This document shows, piece after piece, positions 62,438-64,000 of a stretch of 64,000 bases of DNA (position 1 is its first letter; each line of letters starts with the position of its first letter). The notes beneath the pieces were generated by a model. It was not told the origin of the DNA. It saw only the letters and a program-made list of their open reading frames with translations, and searched no databases. The stretch comes from Octopus sinensis (Eukaryota): NCBI RefSeq assembly GCF_006345805.1, contig NC_042997.1:186558001-186622000 (forward strand). The letters are read 5' to 3'. Position numbers and translations under genes: made by a program.

Positions 62438-63339
62438 CTGCTATCTCACTGCCTGTGTCTGTATCTGCGTCTGTATGTGTGTGTTTGCTATGCACACCAC
62501 ACACCACATGCGAAGTTAAGCTTACTGCTCACATTCATTACACACAGCAGCAAAATATTCTCCATTCAAACAAGACATTGTTTTCGTTTGGACACTAGTA
62601 TTTAAAATGAATTTCATAGAAAGATAGCTTCTCTAACCAGAATCTACAAATCAACAAAACAATACAATAAATGTTTTGCACTCATTCACCTCATAACTAC
62701 TCATCACAAAGATATTATTGCAGCTAAGAAATATGTCTTGCTGGTTATGAATTCACTGAATCCATCCAGGTTAGCCAGTCTATTCTGCTAGAGAATATAT
62801 CAATATAAACTGCTTCACAATAAACAAATTAGATTAACAATAGCATAACTAATAATTCTCCAGCAATTCTTTGGTCCCACTCCTTGGTTTTTTTTTATGT
62901 TTTGTTCTGTTTTGTGTTGTTTTTTTTTTGGCGGTGGTGGTGGTGGGGGATTGCTTTTTGTTTTTGTTGTTTTTGGTTTCTTCTTTCCTAAGAACTAACT
63001 AATGGACAACTAGTAAATCAGACTGACAGACAAACAATTAGATGGACAGAAATAGAGATGGATGGAAAGAAATAAAGGAAGGAAGGAAGGAAAGAATGAA
63101 GAAAAGGAGGCTGATAGAGCGAAAGAGAGAAAATGATAAATAAATAAATAAAGTAAAAATAATAAAGAGAAAAAAATAGGAAGAAAGACAGAAAAACAAA
63201 AAAGAAAAGGACAACAAAAATCTAGGAAAAAGGAAAAAGAATGTGGTTGACCAAAGCACAACCCTGTTGTTGAGTTCAAATCTGGGTTTTCTGTGAGGAT
63301 ATTTAACATCAGATATGGAGTTCATTCATTTCAGTTTAT

Positions 63340-63880
63340 CATAGGCATGACTGTGTGTTTGGGAAGCTTGTTTTGCAGCCCTATGATTCCAGGTTCAGTC
63401 CCACCACACAGCATCTTGGACATGTCCTTTATACTTTTATAGCGTTGTGCTGACCAATGCCTTATGAAGGATTTTGGTGGACGGAAACTGTGTGGAAGCC
63501 CATCATGGTGATGAGTGTGTGTGTCTGTGTGTGTGTGTTATATTTATATATGTATGCATATGTGTTGAGTGTTGAGCCCCATGGAGGCAAAGCGGCCAGA
63601 TTCCTATTGAGCATTGGGCCTCATGGAGGCAAAATGGCTGAGTTCCTTTTGAGTGTTGGGCTTCACAGAGGCAATGACCAAGACCTTTAGCATTATGTTA
63701 TGCTTGAGATGAGGACCCATCAATCTGAACAAAATCAGTTGGACAGTTTGACCAGGGTTGTAAGCTGGAAGGTTGCACCCGACTCCAGTCTGATTTGGTA
63801 TGGTTTTCTATGGCTGAATGCCCTTCCTAATGCCCACAACTCCAAGAGTGTAATGGGTGCTTTTGCATGCCACTAGCCCT
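63340..63880. mobile_element. Diverged SINE A 5' half (+, 63340-63530) and family C-like copy with 42-bp VNTR (-, 63560-63880)
   Basis: GGTTCAGTCCCACC...GGAAACTGTGTGGAAGCCC; TTGAG..TTG.GCC.CATGGAGGCAAA three times; GCCCTTCCTAATGCC. Confidence 0.65.
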
Positions 63881-64000
63881 ATGTATATGTATGTATATAT
63901 GCATATATATATATATTTATATATATATATAAATTTAAATAATAAGGGTGAAAAATTGAATATAAATTTGATTAATATCAATTTCAAATCAGTGGCCTAG

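Noticed and set aside
63560-63700. Three 42-bp repeats resembling CRISPR repeats or iterons
   Set aside because: No spacers; sits at the VNTR position of a family C-like element

Overview
This is repeat-saturated, AT-rich animal DNA, most consistent with an octopus (coleoid cephalopod) intronic or intergenic region; the taxon is inferred from SINE and microsatellite style, not a database hit. No host gene can be identified. The long ORFs in the track are translations of microsatellites, and the only recognisable coding is decayed transposon sequence: four Tc1/mariner relics, a CR1/L2-type reverse transcriptase, two RLE-endonuclease (R4/Dong-like) 3' fragments and short RTE fragments. Four short interspersed families (my labels A-D) account for dozens of copies. 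The most notable observation is two distinct repeat families carrying minimal type I hammerhead-ribozyme folds with a loopless, palindromic stem III (Penelope/retrozyme style). Family E (17.8, 22.8, 53.6 and 54.0 kb) joins a tRNA-like pol III head, a (TAA)n spacer and a hammerhead, and shows inverted 5' head fragments. The second family (31.0 and 31.6 kb) has an A6U core variant. Other oddities are a perfect 192-bp palindrome, a 146-bp tandem array, a fold-back Tc1 derivative and tandem SINE arrays sharing one junction. A few unique islands with splice-like signals remain as low-confidence exon candidates.
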